From the NCBI GenBank assembly GCA_964057225.1, contig OZ059895.1, positions 23,002,001 to 23,066,000 of the forward strand: a stretch of 64,000 nt of DNA. Direction: 5' to 3'. This stretch comes from Auanema rhodensis. Its lineage: Eukaryota > Animalia > Nematoda. The notes under the pieces are model-generated. The model was not told where the DNA came from and ran no database searches. It saw nothing but the letters and a program-made list of their open reading frames with translations. Of this stretch, positions 41,400 to 56,600 are shown piece by piece (the first letter of the stretch is position 1; every line of letters starts with the position of its first letter). The position numbers and the translations under genes were made by a program.

Positions 41400-44300
41400 C
41401 AAAATAATTTTGGAAGCAATGTTGAGTGTACATGGAAACTCAACATACACTAATGCATCATTTTTCAAACGATCATAACTAATTTTTGTCTTAAGCGTTT
41501 CTCAATGTAGTATAGTGCATTCGATGCGGATTTTTAAGCTGCGTCGATCTGTGTTATCAGATTTGCGCTAGCTTAAAAATGCACCGGGATATCAACTGAT
41601 ATAAGTTCACACTTATATCCTCGATTTTCACCCTGAAGAATTAATTTTTTCGTTGAATAACAATGTCCATCGTCTTTGCCTTAAAAAAAGGAATCCAAAA
41701 ACATCTACTTTTTGCTAAATTATTTTGAAATTTCTCGAAAAAATTTTTGTCAAAATGTTTTTGGAAGCAATGTTGAGTGTACATGGAAACTAAACATACA
41801 CTAATGCATCATTTTTCAAACGATCATAACTAATTTTTCTATAAAGCGTTTCTCAATGTAGTATAGTGCATTCGATGCGGATTTTTAAGCTGCGTCGATC
41901 TGTGTTATCAGATTTGCGCTAGCTTAAAAATGCACCGAAATATCAACTGATATAAGTTCACACTTATATCCTCGATTTTCACCCTGAAGAATTAATTTTT
42001 TCGTTGAATAACAATGTCCATCGTCTTTGCCTTAAAAAAAGGAATCCAAAAACATCTACTTTTTGCTAAATTATTTTGAAATTTTTCGAAAAAATTTTTG
42101 TCAAAATGTTTTTGGAAGCAATGTTGAGTGTACATGGAAACTCAACATACACTAATGCATCATTTTTCAAACGATCATAACTAATTTTTCTATAAAGCGT
42201 TTCTCAATGTAGTATAGTGCATTCGATGCGGATTTTTAAGCTGCGTCGATCTGTGTTATCAGATTTGCGCTAGCTTAAAAATGCACCGAGATATCAACTG
42301 ATATATGTTCACACTTATATCCTCGATTTTCACCCTGAAGAATTAATTTTTTCGTTGAATAACAATGTCCATCGTCTTTGCCTTAAAAAAAGGAATCCAA
42401 AAACATCTACTTTTTGCTAAATTATTTTGAAATTTTTCGAAAAAATTTTTGTCAAAATGTTTTTGGAAGCAATGTTGAGTGTACATGGAAACTCAACATA
42501 CACTAATGCATCATTTTTCAAACGATCATAACTAATTTTTCTATAAAGCGTTTCTCAATGTAGTATAGTGCATTCGATGCGGATTTTTAAGCTGCGTCGA
42601 TCTGTGTTATCAGATTTGCGCTAGCTTAAAAATGCACCGAGATATCAACTGATATATGTTCACACTTATATCCTCGATTTTCACCCTGAAGAATTAATTT
42701 TTTCGTTGAATAACAATGTCCATCGTCTTTGCCTTGAAAAAAAGAATCTGAAAACATCTACTTTTTGCTAAATTATTCTGAAATTTTTCGAAAAAATTTT
42801 TGTCAAAATGTTTTTGGAAGCAATGTTGAGTGTACATGGAAACTCAACATACACTAATGCATCATTTTTCAAACGATCATAACTAATTTTTGTATTAAGC
42901 GTTTCTCAATGTAGTATAGTGCATTCGATGCGGATTTTTAAGCTGCGTCGATCTGTTTTATCAGATTTGCGCTAGCTTAAAAATGCACCGAAATATCAAC
43001 TGATATAAGTTCACACTTATATCCTCGATTTTCACCCTGAAGAATTAATTTTTTCGTTGAATAACAATGTCCATCGTCTTTGCCTTGAAAAAAGGAATCT
43101 AAAAACATCTACTTTTTGCTAAATTATTTCGAAATTTTTCGAAAAAATTTTTGTCAAAATGTTTTTGGAAGCAATGTTGAGTGTACATGGAAACTCAACA
43201 TACACTAATGCATCATTTTTCAAACGATCATAACTAATTTTTGTATTAAGCGTTTTTCAATGTAGTATAGTGCATTCGATGCGGATTTTTAAGCTGCGTC
43301 GATCTGTGTTATCAGATTTGCGCTAGCTTAAAAATGCACCGAGATATCAACTGATATATGTTCACACTTATATCCTCGATTTTCACCCTGAAGAATTAAT
43401 TTTTTCGTTGAATAACAATGTCCATCGTCTTTGCCTTGAAAAAAGGAATCTGAAAACATCTACTTTTTGCTAAATTATTCTGAAATTTTTCGAAAAAATT
43501 TTTGTCAAAATGTTTTTGGAAGCAATGTTGAGTGTACATGGAAACTCAACATACACTAATGCATCATTTTTCAAACGATCATAACTAATTTTTGTATTAA
43601 GCGTTTCTCAATGTAGTATAGTGCATTCGATGCGGATTTTTAAGCTGCGTCGATCTGTGTTATCAGATTTGCGCTAGCTTAAAAATGCACCGAGATATCA
43701 ACTGATATAAGTTCACACTTATATCCTCGATTTTCACCCTGAAGAATTAATTTTTTCGTTGAATAACAATGTCTATCGTCTTTGCCTTGAAAAAACAAAT
43801 CTAAAAACATCTACTTTTTGCTAAATTATTCTGAAATTTTTCGAAAAAATTTTTGTCAAAATGTTTTTGGAAGCAATGTTGAGTGTACATGGAAACTCAA
43901 CATACACTAATGCATCATTTTTCAAACGATCCTAACTAATTTTTGTCTTAAGCGTTTCTCAATGTAGTATAGTGCATTCGATGCGGATTTTTAAGCTGCG
44001 TCGATCTGTGTTATCAGATTTGCGCTAGCTTAAAAATGCACCGGGATATCAACTGATATAAGTTCACACTTATATCCTCGATTTTCACCCTGAAGAATTA
44101 ATTTTTTCGTTGAATAACAATGTCCATCGTCTTTGCCTTAAAAAAAGGAATCCAAAAACATCTACTTTTTGCTAAATTATTTTGAAATTTTTCGAAAAAA
44201 TTTTTGTCAAAATGTTTTTGGAAGCAATGTTGAGTGTACATGGAAACTAAACATACACTAATGCATCATTTTTCAAACGATCATAACTAATTTTTCTATA

Positions 44301-47300
44301 AAGCGTTTCTCAATGTAGTATAGTGCATTCGATGCGGATTTTTAAGCTGCGTCGATCTGTGTTATCAGATTTGCGCTAGCTTAAAAATGCACCGAGATAT
44401 CAACTGATATAAGTTCACACTTATATCCTCGATTTTCACCCTAAAGAATTAATTTTTTCGTTGAATAACAATGTCCATCGTCTTTGCCTTGAAAAAAGGA
44501 ATCCAAAAACATCTACTTTTCGCTAAATTATTTTGAAATTTTTCGAAAAAATTTTTGTCAAAATGTTTTTGGAAGCAATGTTGAGTGTACATGGAAACTA
44601 AACATACACTAATGCATCATTTTTCAAACGATCATAACTAATTTTTCTATAAAGCGTTTCTCAATGTAGTATAGTGCATTCGATGCGGATTTTTAAGCTG
44701 CGTCGATCTGTGTTATCAGATTTGCGCTAGCTTAAAAATGCACCGAGATATCAACTGATATAAGTTCACACTTATATCCTCGATTTTCACCCTGAAGAAT
44801 TAATTTTTTCGTTGAATAACAATGTCCATCGTCTTTGCCTTGAAAAAAGGAATCTAAAAACATCTACTTTTTGATAAATTATTTTAAAATTTTTCGAAAA
44901 AATTTTTGTCAAAATAATTTTGGAAGCAATGTTGAGTGTACATGGAAACTCAACATACACTAATGCATCATTTTTCAAACGATCATAACTAATTTTTGTC
45001 TTAAGCGTTTCTCAATGTAGTATAGTGCATTCGATGCGGATTTTTAAGCTGCGTCGATCTGTGTTATCAGATTTGCGCTAGCTTAAAAATGCACCGGGAT
45101 ATCAACTGATATAAGTTCACACTTATATCCTCGATTTTCACCCTGAAGAATTAATTTTTTCGTTGAATAACAATGTCCATCGTCTTTGCCTTAAAAAAAG
45201 GAATCCAAAAACATCTACTTTTTGCTAAATTATTTTGAAATTTCTCGAAAAAATTTTTGTCAAAATGTTTTTGGAAGCAATGTTGAGTGTACATGGAAAC
45301 TAAACATACACTAATGCATCATTTTTCAAACGATCATAACTAATTTTTCTATAAAGCGTTTCTCAATGTAGTATAGTGCATTCGATGCGGATTTTTAAGC
45401 TGCGTCGATCTGTGTTATCAGATTTGCGCTAGCTTAAAAATGCACCGAAATATCAACTGATATAAGTTCACACTTATATCCTCGATTTTCACCCTGAAGA
45501 ATTAATTTTTTCGTTGAATAACAATGTCCATCGTCTTTGCCTTAAAAAAAGGAATCCAAAAACATCTACTTTTTGCTAAATTATTTTGAAATTTTTCGAA
45601 AAAATTTTTGTCAAAATGTTTTTGGAAGCAATGTTGAGTGTACATGGAAACTCAACATACACTAATGCATCATTTTTCAAACGATCATAACTAATTTTTC
45701 TATAAAGCGTTTCTCAATGTAGTATAGTGCATTCGATGCGGATTTTTAAGCTGCGTCGATCTGTGTTATCAGATTTGCGCTAGCTTAAAAATGCACCGAG
45801 ATATCAACTGATATAAGTTCACACTTATATCCTCGATTTTCACCCTGAAGAATTAATTTTTTCGTTGAATAACAATGTCCATCGTCTTTGCCTTGAAAAA
45901 AGGAATCTAAAAACATCTACTTTTTGATAAATTATTTTAAAATTTTTCGAAAAAATTTTTGTCAAAATAATTTTGGAAGCAATGTTGAGTGTACATGGAA
46001 ACTCAACATACACTAATGCATCATTTTTCAAACGATCATAACTAATTTTTGTCTTAAGCGTTTCTCAATGTAGTATAGTGCATTCGATGCGGATTTTTAA
46101 GCTGCGTCGATCTGTGTTATCAGATTTGCGCTAGCTTAAAAATGCACCGGGATATCAACTGATATAAGTTCACACTTATATCCTCGATTTTCACCCTGAA
46201 GAATTAATTTTTTCGTTGAATAACAATGTCCATCGTCTTTGCCTTAAAAAAAGGAATCCAAAAACATCTACTTTTTGCTAAATTATTTTGAAATTTCTCG
46301 AAAAAATTTTTGTCAAAATGTTTTTGGAAGCAATGTTGAGTGTACATGGAAACTAAACATACACTAATGCATCATTTTTCAAACGATCATAACTAATTTT
46401 TCTATAAAGCGTTTCTCAATGTAGTATAGTGCATTCGATGCGGATTTTTAAGCTGCGTCGATCTGTGTTATCAGATTTGCGCTAGCTTAAAAATGCACCG
46501 AAATATCAACTGATATAAGTTCACACTTATATCCTCGATTTTCACCCTGAAGAATTAATTTTTTCGTTGAATAACAATGTCCATCGTCTTTGCCTTAAAA
46601 AAAGGAATCCAAAAACATCTACTTTTTGCTAAATTATTTTGAAATTTTTCGAAAAAATTTTTGTCAAAATGTTTTTGGAAGCAATGTTGAGTGTACATGG
46701 AAACTCAACATACACTAATGCATCATTTTTCAAACGATCATAACTAATTTTTCTATAAAGCGTTTCTCAATGTAGTATAGTGCATTCGATGCGGATTTTT
46801 AAGCTGCGTCGATCTGTGTTATCAGATTTGCGCTAGCTTAAAAATGCACCGAGATATCAACTGATATATGTTCACACTTATATCCTCGATTTTCACCCTG
46901 AAGAATTAATTTTTTCGTTGAATAACAATGTCCATCGTCTTTGCCTTAAAAAAAGGAATCCAAAAACATCTACTTTTTGCTAAATTATTTTGAAATTTTT
47001 CGAAAAAATTTTTGTCAAAATGTTTTTGGAAGCAATGTTGAGTGTACATGGAAACTCAACATACACTAATGCATCATTTTTCAAACGATCATAACTAATT
47101 TTTCTATAAAGCGTTTCTCAATGTAGTATAGTGCATTCGATGCGGATTTTTAAGCTGCGTCGATCTGTGTTATCAGATTTGCGCTAGCTTAAAAATGCAC
47201 CGAGATATCAACTGATATATGTTCACACTTATATCCTCGATTTTCACCCTGAAGAATTAATTTTTTCGTTGAATAACAATGTCCATCGTCTTTGCCTTGA

Positions 47301-49121
47301 AAAAAAGAATCTGAAAACATCTACTTTTTGCTAAATTATTCTGAAATTTTTCGAAAAAATTTTTGTCAAAATGTTTTTGGAAGCAATGTTGAGTGTACAT
47401 GGAAACTCAACATACACTAATGCATCATTTTTCAAACGATCATAACTAATTTTTGTATTAAGCGTTTCTCAATGTAGTATAGTGCATTCGATGCGGATTT
47501 TTAAGCTGCGTCGATCTGTTTTATCAGATTTGCGCTAGCTTAAAAATGCACCGAAATATCAACTGATATAAGTTCACACTTATATCCTCGATTTTCACCC
47601 TGAAGAGTTAATTTTTTCGTTGAATAACAATGTCCATCGTCTTTGCCTTGAAAAAAGGAATCTAAAAACATCTACTTTTTGCTAAATTATTTCGAAATTT
47701 TTCGAAAAAATTTTTGTCAAAATGTTTTTGGAAGCAATGTTGAGTGTACATGGAAACTCAACATACACTAATGCATCATTTTTCAAACGATCATAACTAA
47801 TTTTTGTATTAAGCGTTTTTCAATGTAGTATAGTGCATTCGATGCGGATTTTTAAGCTGCGTCGATCTGTGTTATCAGATTTGCGCTAGCTTAAAAATGC
47901 ACCGAGATATCAACTGATATATGTTCACACTTATATCCTCGATTTTCACCCTGAAGAATTAATTTTTTCGTTGAATAACAATGTCCATCGTCTTTGCCTT
48001 GAAAAAAGGAATCTGAAAACATCTACTTTTTGCTAAATTATTCTGAAATTTTTCGAAAAAATTTTTGTCAAAATGTTTTTGGAAGCAATGTTGAGTGTAC
48101 ATGGAAACTCAACATACACTAATGCATCATTTTTCAAACGATCATAACTAATTTTTGTATTAAGCGTTTCTCAATGTAGTATAGTGCATTCGATGCGGAT
48201 TTTTAAGCTGCGTCGATCTGTGTTATCAGATTTGCGCTAGCTTAAAAATGCACCGAGATATCAACTGATATAAGTTCACACTTATATCCTCGATTTTCAC
48301 CCTGAAGAATTAATTTTTTCGTTGAATAACAATGTCTATCGTCTTTGCCTTGAAAAAACAAATCTAAAAACATCTACTTTTTGCTAAATTATTCTGAAAT
48401 TTTTCGAAAAAATTTTTGTCAAAATGTTTTTGGAAGCAATGTTGAGTGTACATGGAAACTCAACATACACTAATGCATCATTTTTCAAACGATCCTAACT
48501 AATTTTTGTCTTAAGCGTTTCTCAATGTAGTATAGTGCATTCGATGCGGATTTTTAAGCTGCGTCGATCTGTGTTATCAGATTTGCGCTAGCTTAAAAAT
48601 GCACCGGGATATCAACTGATATAAGTTCACACTTATATCCTCGATTTTCACCCTGAAGAATTAATTTTTTCGTTGAATAACAATGTCCATCGTCTTTGCC
48701 TTAAAAAAAGGAATCCAAAAACATCTACTTTTTGCTAAATTATTTTGAAATTTTTCGAAAAAATTTTTGTCAAAATGTTTTTGGAAGCAATGTTGAGTGT
48801 ACATGGAAACTAAACATACACTAATGCATCATTTTTCAAACGATCATAACTAATTTTTCTATAAAGCGTTTCTCAATGTAGTATAGTGCATTCGATGCGG
48901 ATTTTTAAGCTGCGTCGATCTGTGTTATCAGATTTGCGCTAGCTTAAAAATGCACCGAGATATCAACTGATATAAGTTCACACTTATATCCTCGATTTTC
49001 ACCCTAAAGAATTAATTTTTTCGTTGAATAACAATGTCCATCGTCTTTGCCTTGAAAAAAGGAATCCAAAAACATCTACTTTTCGTTAAATTATTTTGAA
49101 ATTTTTCGAAAAAATTTTTGT
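41400..49121 (+). repeat. 13-monomer duplication (4563-bp offset) with a nested 3-mer duplication (1053 bp)
   Basis: 'aaagaatctgaaa' monomers occur at 42453/47016 and 'gatcctaac' monomers at 43857/48420. 'aaaataatt' monomers occur at 41400, 44910 and 45963. Confidence 0.88.
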
Positions 49122-50877
49122 CAAAATGTTTTTGGAAGCAATGTTGAGTGTACATGGAAACTCAACATACACTAATGCATCATTTTTCAAACGATCATAA
49201 CTAATTTTTCTATAAAGCGTTTCTCAATGTAGTATAGTGCATTCGATGCGGATTTTTAAGCTGCGTCGATCTGTGTTATCAGATTTGCGCTAGCTTAAAA
49301 ATGCACCGAGATATCAACTGATATAAGTTCACACTTATATCCTCGATTTTCACCCTGAAGAATTAATTTTTTCGTTGAATAACAATGTCCATCGTCTTTG
49401 CCTTGAAAAAAGGAATCCAAAAACATCTACTTTTCGCTAAATTATTTTGAAATTTTTCGAAAAAATTTTTGTTAAAATGTTTTTGGAAGCAATGTTGAGT
49501 GTACATGGAAACTCAACATACACTAATGCATAATTTTTCAAACGATCATAACTAATTTTTGTATTAAGCGTTTCTCAATGTAGTATAGTGCATTTGATGC
49601 GGAATTTTAAGCTGCGTCGATCTGTGTTATCAGATTTGCGCTAGCTTAAAAATGCACCGAGATATCAACTGATATAAGTTCACACTTATATCCTCGATTT
49701 TCACCCTGAAGAATTAATTTTTTCGTTGAATAACAATGTCCATCGTCTTTGCCTTGAAAAAAGGAATCTATAAACATCTACTTTTTGCTAAATTATTTTG
49801 AAATTTTTTGAAAAAATTTTTGTCAAAATGTTTTTGGAAGCTATGTTGAGTGTACATGGAAACTCAACATACACTAATGCATAATTTTTCAAACGATCAT
49901 AACTAATTTTTGTATTAAGCGTTTCTCAATGTAGTATAGTGCATTCGATGCGGATTTTTAAGCTGCGTCGATCTGTGTTATCAGATTTGCGCTAGCTTAA
50001 AAATGCACCGAGATATCAACTGATATAAGTTCACACTTATATCCTCGCTTTTCACCCTGAAGAATTAATTTTTTCGTTGAATAACATTGTCCATCGTCTT
50101 TGCCTTGAAAAAAGAAATCTAAAAACATCTACTTTTTGATAAATTATTTTAAAATTTTTCGAAAAAATTTTTGTCAAAATGTTTTTGGAAGCAATGTTGA
50201 GTGTACATGGAAACTCAACATACACTAATGCATCATTTTTTAAACGATCATAACTAATTTTTTTTATTAAGCGTTTTTCAATGTAGTATAGTGCATTCGA
50301 TGCGGATTTTTAAGCTGCGTCGATCTGTGTTATCAGATTTGCGCTAGCTTAAAAATGCACCGAGATATCAACTGATATATGTTCACACTTAGATCCTCGA
50401 TTTTCACCCTGAAGAATTAATTTTTTCGTTGAATAACAATGTCCATCGTCTTTGCCTTGAAAAAAGGAATCTAAAAACATCTACTTTTTGCTAAATTATT
50501 TTGAAATTTTTCGAAAAAATTTTTGTCAAAATGTTTTTGGAAGCAATGTTGAGTGTACATGGAAACTCAACATACACTAATGCATCATTTTTCAAACGAT
50601 CATAACTAATTTTTGTATTAAGCGTTTCTCAATGTAGTATAGTGCATTCGATGCGGATTTTTAAGCTGCGTCGATCTGTGTTATCAGATTTGCGCTAGCT
50701 TAAAAATGCACCGAGATATCAACTGATATAAGTTCACACTTAGATCCTCGATTTTCACCCTGAAGAATTATTTTTTTCGTTGAATAACAATGTCCATCGT
50801 CTTTGCCTTGAAAAAAGGAATCTAAAAACATCTACTTTTTGCTAAATTATTTTGAAATTTTTCGAAAAAATTTTTGT

Positions 50878-51228
50878 CAAAATGTTTTTGGAAGCAATGT
50901 TGAGTGTACATGGAAACTCAACATACACTAATGCATCATTTTTCAAACGATCATAACTAATTTTTGTATTAAGCGTTTCTCAATGTAGTATAGTGCATTC
51001 GATGTGGATTTTTAAGCTGCGTCGATCTGTGTTATCAGATTTGCGCTAGCTTAAAAATGCACCGAGATATCAACTGATATATGTTCACACTTATATCCTC
51101 GATTTTCACCCTGAAGAATTAATTTTTTCGTTGAATAACAATGTCCATCGTCTTTGCCTTGAAAAAAGGAATCTAAAAACATCTACTTTTTGCTAAATTA
51201 TTTTGAAATTTTTCGAAAAAATTTTTGT
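50878..51228 (+). repeat. Representative near-consensus 351-bp monomer (phase arbitrary, set by the window start)
   Basis: Monomer starts are exactly 351 bp apart from 50527 to 61759. The consensus has about 57 C and 53 G in 351 bp (~31% GC). Confidence 0.95.
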
Positions 51229-53685
51229 CAAAATGTTTTTGGAAGCAATGTTGAGTGTACATGGAAACTCAACATACACTAATGCATCATTTTTCAAACG
51301 ATCATAACTAATTTTTGTATTAAGCGTTTCTCAATGTAGTATAGTGCATTCGATGCGGATTTTTAAGCTGCATCGATCTGTGTTATCAGATTTGCGCTAG
51401 CTTAAAAATGCACCGAGATATCAACTGATATAAGTTCACACTTAGATCCTCGATTTTCACCCTGAAGAATTAATTTTTTCGTTGAATAACAATGTCCATC
51501 GTCTTTGCCTTGAAAAAAGGAATCTAAAAACATCTACTTTTTGCTAAATTATTTTGAAATTTTTCGAAAAAATTTTTGTCAAAATGTTTTTGGAAGCAAT
51601 GTTGAGTGTACATGGAAACTCAACATACACTAATGCATCATTTTTCAAACGATCATAACTAATTTTTGTATTAAGCGTTTTTCAATGTAGTATAGTGCAT
51701 TCGATGCGGATTTTTAAGCTGCGTCGATCTGTGTTATCAGATTTGCGCTAGCTTAAAAATGCACCGAGATATCAACTGATATATGTTCACACTTATATCC
51801 TCGATTTTCACCCTGAAGAATTAATTTTTTCGTTGAATAACAATGTCCATCGTCTTTGCCTTGAAAAAAGGAATCTAAAAACATCTACTTTTTGCTAAAT
51901 TATTTTGAAATTTTTCGAAAAAATTTTTGTCAAAATGTTTTTGGAAGTAATGTTGAGTGTACATGGAAACTCAACATACACTAATGCATCATTTTTCAAA
52001 CGATCATAACTAATTTTTGTATTAAGCGTTTCTCAATGTAGTATAGTGCATTCGATGCGGATTTTTAAGCTGCATCGATCTGTGTTATCAGATTTGCGCT
52101 AGCTTAAAAATGCACCGAGATATCAACTGATATAAGTTCACACTTATATCCTCGATTTTCACCCTGAAGAATTAATTTTTTCGTTGAATAACAATGTCCA
52201 TCGTCTTTGCCTTGAAAAAAGGAATCTAAAAACATCTACTTTTTGCTAAATTATTTTGAAATTTTTCGAAAAAATTTTTGTCAAAATGTTTTTGGAAGCA
52301 ATGTTGAGTGTACATGGAAACTCAACATACACTAATGCATCATTTTTCAAACGATCATAACTAATTTTTGTATTGAGCGTTTCTCAATGTAGTATAGTGC
52401 ATTCGATGCGGATTTTTAAGCTGCGTCGATCTGTGTTATCAGATTTGCGCTAGCTCAAAAATGCACCGAGATATCAACTGATATAAGTTCACACTTATAT
52501 CCTCGATTTTCACCCTGAAGAATTAATTTTTTCGTTGAATAACATCGTCCATCGTCTTTGCCTTAAAAAAAGGAATCTAAAAACATCTACGTTTTGCTAA
52601 ATTATCTTGAAATTTTTCGAAAAAATTTTTGTCAAAATGTTTTTGGAAGCAATGTTGAGTGTACATGGAAACTCAACATACACTAATGCATCATTTTTCA
52701 AACGATCATAACTAATTTTTGTATTAAGCGTTTCTCAATGTAGTATAGTGCATTCGATGCGGATTTTTAAGCTGCGTCGATCTGTGTTATCAGATTTGCG
52801 CTAGCTTAAAAATGCACCGAGATATCAACTGATATATGTTCACACTTATATCCTCGATTTTCACCCTGAAGAATTAATTTTTTCGTTGAATAACAATGTC
52901 CATCGTCTTTGCCTTGAAAAAAGGAATCTAAAAACATCTACTTTTTGCTAAATTATTTCGAAATTTTTCGAAAAAATTTTTGTCAAAATGTTTTTGGAAG
53001 CAATGTTGAGTGTACATGGAAACTCAACATACACTAATGCATCATTTTTCAAACGATCATAACTAATTTTTGTATTAAGCGTTTCTCAATGTAGTATAGT
53101 GCATTCGATGCGGATTTTTAAGCTGCATCGATCTGTGTTATCAGATTTGCGCTAGCTTAAAAATGCACCGAGATATCAACTGATATAAGTTCACACTTAG
53201 ATCCTCGATTTTCACCCTGAAGAATTAATTTTTTCGTTGAATAACAATGTCCATCGTCTTTGCCTTGAAAAAACAAATCTAAAAACATCTACTTTTTGCT
53301 AAATTATTCTGAAATTTTTCGAAAAAATTTTTGTCAAAATGTTTTTGGAAGCAATGTTGAGTGTACATGGAAACTCAACATACACTAATGCATCATTTTT
53401 CAAACGATCATAACTAATTTTTGTATTAAGCGTTTCTCAATGTAGTATAGTGCATTCGATGCGGATTTTTAAGCTGCGTCGATCTGTGTTATCAGATTTG
53501 CGCTAGCTTAAAAATGCACCGAGATATCAACTGATATAAGTTCACACTTATATCCTCGATTTTCACCCTGAAGAATTAATTTTTTCGTTGAATAACATCG
53601 TCCATCGTCTTTGCCTTGAAAAAAGGAATCTAAAAACATCTACGTTTTGCTAAATTATCTTGAAATTTTTCGAAAAAATTTTTGT

Positions 53686-56600
53686 CAAAATGTTTTTGGA
53701 AGCAATGTTGAGTGTACATGGAAACTCAACATACACTAATGCATCATTTTTCAAACGATCATAACTAATTTTTGTATTAAGCGTTTCTCAATGTAGTATA
53801 GTGCATTCGATGCGGATTTTTAAGCTGCGTCGATCTGTGTTATCAGATTTGCGCTAGCTTGAATATGCACCGAGATATCAACTGATATAAGTTCACACTT
53901 ATATCCTCGATTTTCACCCTGAAGAATTAATTTTTTCGTTGAATAACATTGTCCATCGTCTTTGCCTTGAAAAAAGGAATCTAAAAACATCTACTTTTTG
54001 CTAAATTATATTGAAATTTTTCGAAAAAATTTTTGTCAAAATGTTTTTGGAAGCAATGTTGAGTGTACATGGAAACTCAACATACACTAATGCATCATTT
54101 TTCAAACGATCATAACTAATTTTTGTATTAAGCGTTTCTCAATGTAGTATAGTGCATTCGATGCGGATTTTTAAGCTGCGTCGATCTGTGTTATCAGATT
54201 TGCGCTAGCTTAAAAATGCACCGAGATATCAACTGATATATGTTCACACTGATATCCTCGATTTTCACCCTGAAGAATTAATTTTTTCGTTGAATAACAA
54301 TGTCCATCGTCTTTGCCTTGAAAAAAGGAATCTAAAAACATCTACTTTTTGCTAAATTATTTTGAAATTTTTCGAAAAAATTTTTGTCAAAATGTTTTTG
54401 GAAGCAATGTTGAGTGTACATGGAAACTCAACATACACTAATGCATCATTTTTCAAACGATCATAACTAATTTTTGTATTAAGCGTTTCTCAATGTAGTA
54501 TAGTGCATTCGATGCGGATTTTGAAGCTGCATCGATCTGTGTTATCAGATTTGCGCTAGCTTAAAAATGCACCGAGATATCAACTGATATAAGTTCACAC
54601 TTATATCCTCGATTTTCACCCTGAAGAATTAATTTTTTCGTTGAATAACAATGTCCATCGTCTTTGCCTTGAAAAAAGAAATCTAAAAACATCTACTTTT
54701 TGCTAAATTATTTTGAAATTTTTCGAAAAAATTTTTGTCAAAATGTTTTTGGAAGCAATGTTGAGTGTACATGGAAACTCAACATACACTAATGCATCAT
54801 TTTTCAAACGATCATAACTAATTTTTGTATTAAGCGTTTCTCAATGTAGTATAGTGCATTCGATGCGGATTTTTAAGCTGCGTCGATCTGTTTTATCAGA
54901 TTTGCGCTAGCTTAAAAATGCACCGAGATATCAACTGATATAAGTTCACACTTATATCCTCGATTTTCACCCTGAAGAATTAATTTTTTCGTTGAATAAC
55001 AATGTCTATCGTCTTTGCCTTGAAAAAAGGAATCTAAAAACATCTACTTTTTGCTAAATTATTTTGAAATTTTTCGAAAAAATTTTTGTCAAAATGTTTT
55101 TGGAAGCAATGTTGAGTGTACATGGAAACTCAACATACACTAATGCATCATTTTTCAAACGATCATAACTAATTTTTGTATTAAGCGTTTCTCAATGTAG
55201 TATAGTGCATTCGATGCGGATTTTGAAGCTGCATCGATCTGTGTTATCAGATTTGCGCTAGCTTAAAAATGCACCGAGATATCAACTGATATAAGTTCAC
55301 ACTTATATCCTCGATTTTCACCCTGAAGAATTAATTTTTTCGTTGAATAACAATGTCCATCGTCTTTGCCTTGAAAAAAGAAATCTAAAAACATCTACTT
55401 TTTGCTAAATTATTTTGAAATTTTTCGAAAAAATTTTTGTCAAAATGTTTTTGGAAGCAATGTTGAGTGTACATGGAAACTCAACATACACTAATGCATC
55501 ATTTTTCAAACGATCATAACTAATTTTTGTATTAAGCGTTTCTCAATGTAGTATAGTGCATTCGATGCGGATTTTTAAGCTGCGTCGATCTGTTTTATCA
55601 GATTTGCGCTAGCTTAAAAATGCACCGAGATACCAACTGATATAAGTTCACACTTATATCCTCGATTTTCACCCTGAAGAATTAATTTTTTCGTTGAATA
55701 ACAATGTCTATCGTCTTCGCCTTGAAAAAAGGAATCTAAAAGCATCTACTTTTTGCTAAATTATTTCGAAATTTTTCGAAAAAATTTTTGTCAAAATGTT
55801 TTTGGAAGCAATGTTGAGTGTACATGGAAACTCAACATACACTAATGCATCATTTTTCAAACGATCATAACTAATTTTTGTATTAAGCGTTTCTCAATGT
55901 AGTATAGTGCATTCGATGCGGATTTTTAAGCTGCGTCGATCTGTTTTATCAGATTTGCGCTAGCTTAAAAATGCACCGAGATATCAACTGATATAAGTTC
56001 ACACTTATATCCTCGATTTTCACCCTGAAGAATTAATTTTTTCGTTGAATAACAATGTCTATCGTCTTTGCCTTGAAAAAAGGAATCTAAAAACATCTAC
56101 TTTTTGCTAAATTATTTTGAAATTTTTCGAAAAAATTTTTGTCAAAATGTTTTTGGAAGCAATGTTGAGTGTACATGGAAACTCAACATACACTAATGCA
56201 TCATTTTTCAAACGATCATAACTAATTTTTGTATTAAGCGTTTCTCAATGTAGTATAGTGCATTCGATGCGGATTTTTAAGCTGCGTCGATCTGTGTTAT
56301 CAGATTTGCGCTAGCTTGAATATGCACCGAGATATCAACTGATATAAGTTCACACTTATATCCTCGATTTTCACCCTGAAGAATTAATTTTTTCGTTGAA
56401 TAACATTGTCCATCGTCTTTGCCTTGAAAAAAGGAATCTAAAAACATCTACTTTTTGCTAAATTATATTGAAATTTTTCGAAAAAATTTTTGTCAAAATG
56501 TTTTTGGAAGCAATGTTGAGTGTACATGGAAACTCAACATACACTAATGCATCATTTTTCAAACGATCATAACTAATTTTTGTATTAAGCGTTTCTCAAT

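Noticed and set aside
30752-46031. 63-aa minus-strand ORFs (30752, 44787, 45840)
   Set aside because: They are opened by the 'ttttgataa' variant removing a stop in another frame. The last two are copies from the 1053-bp duplication.
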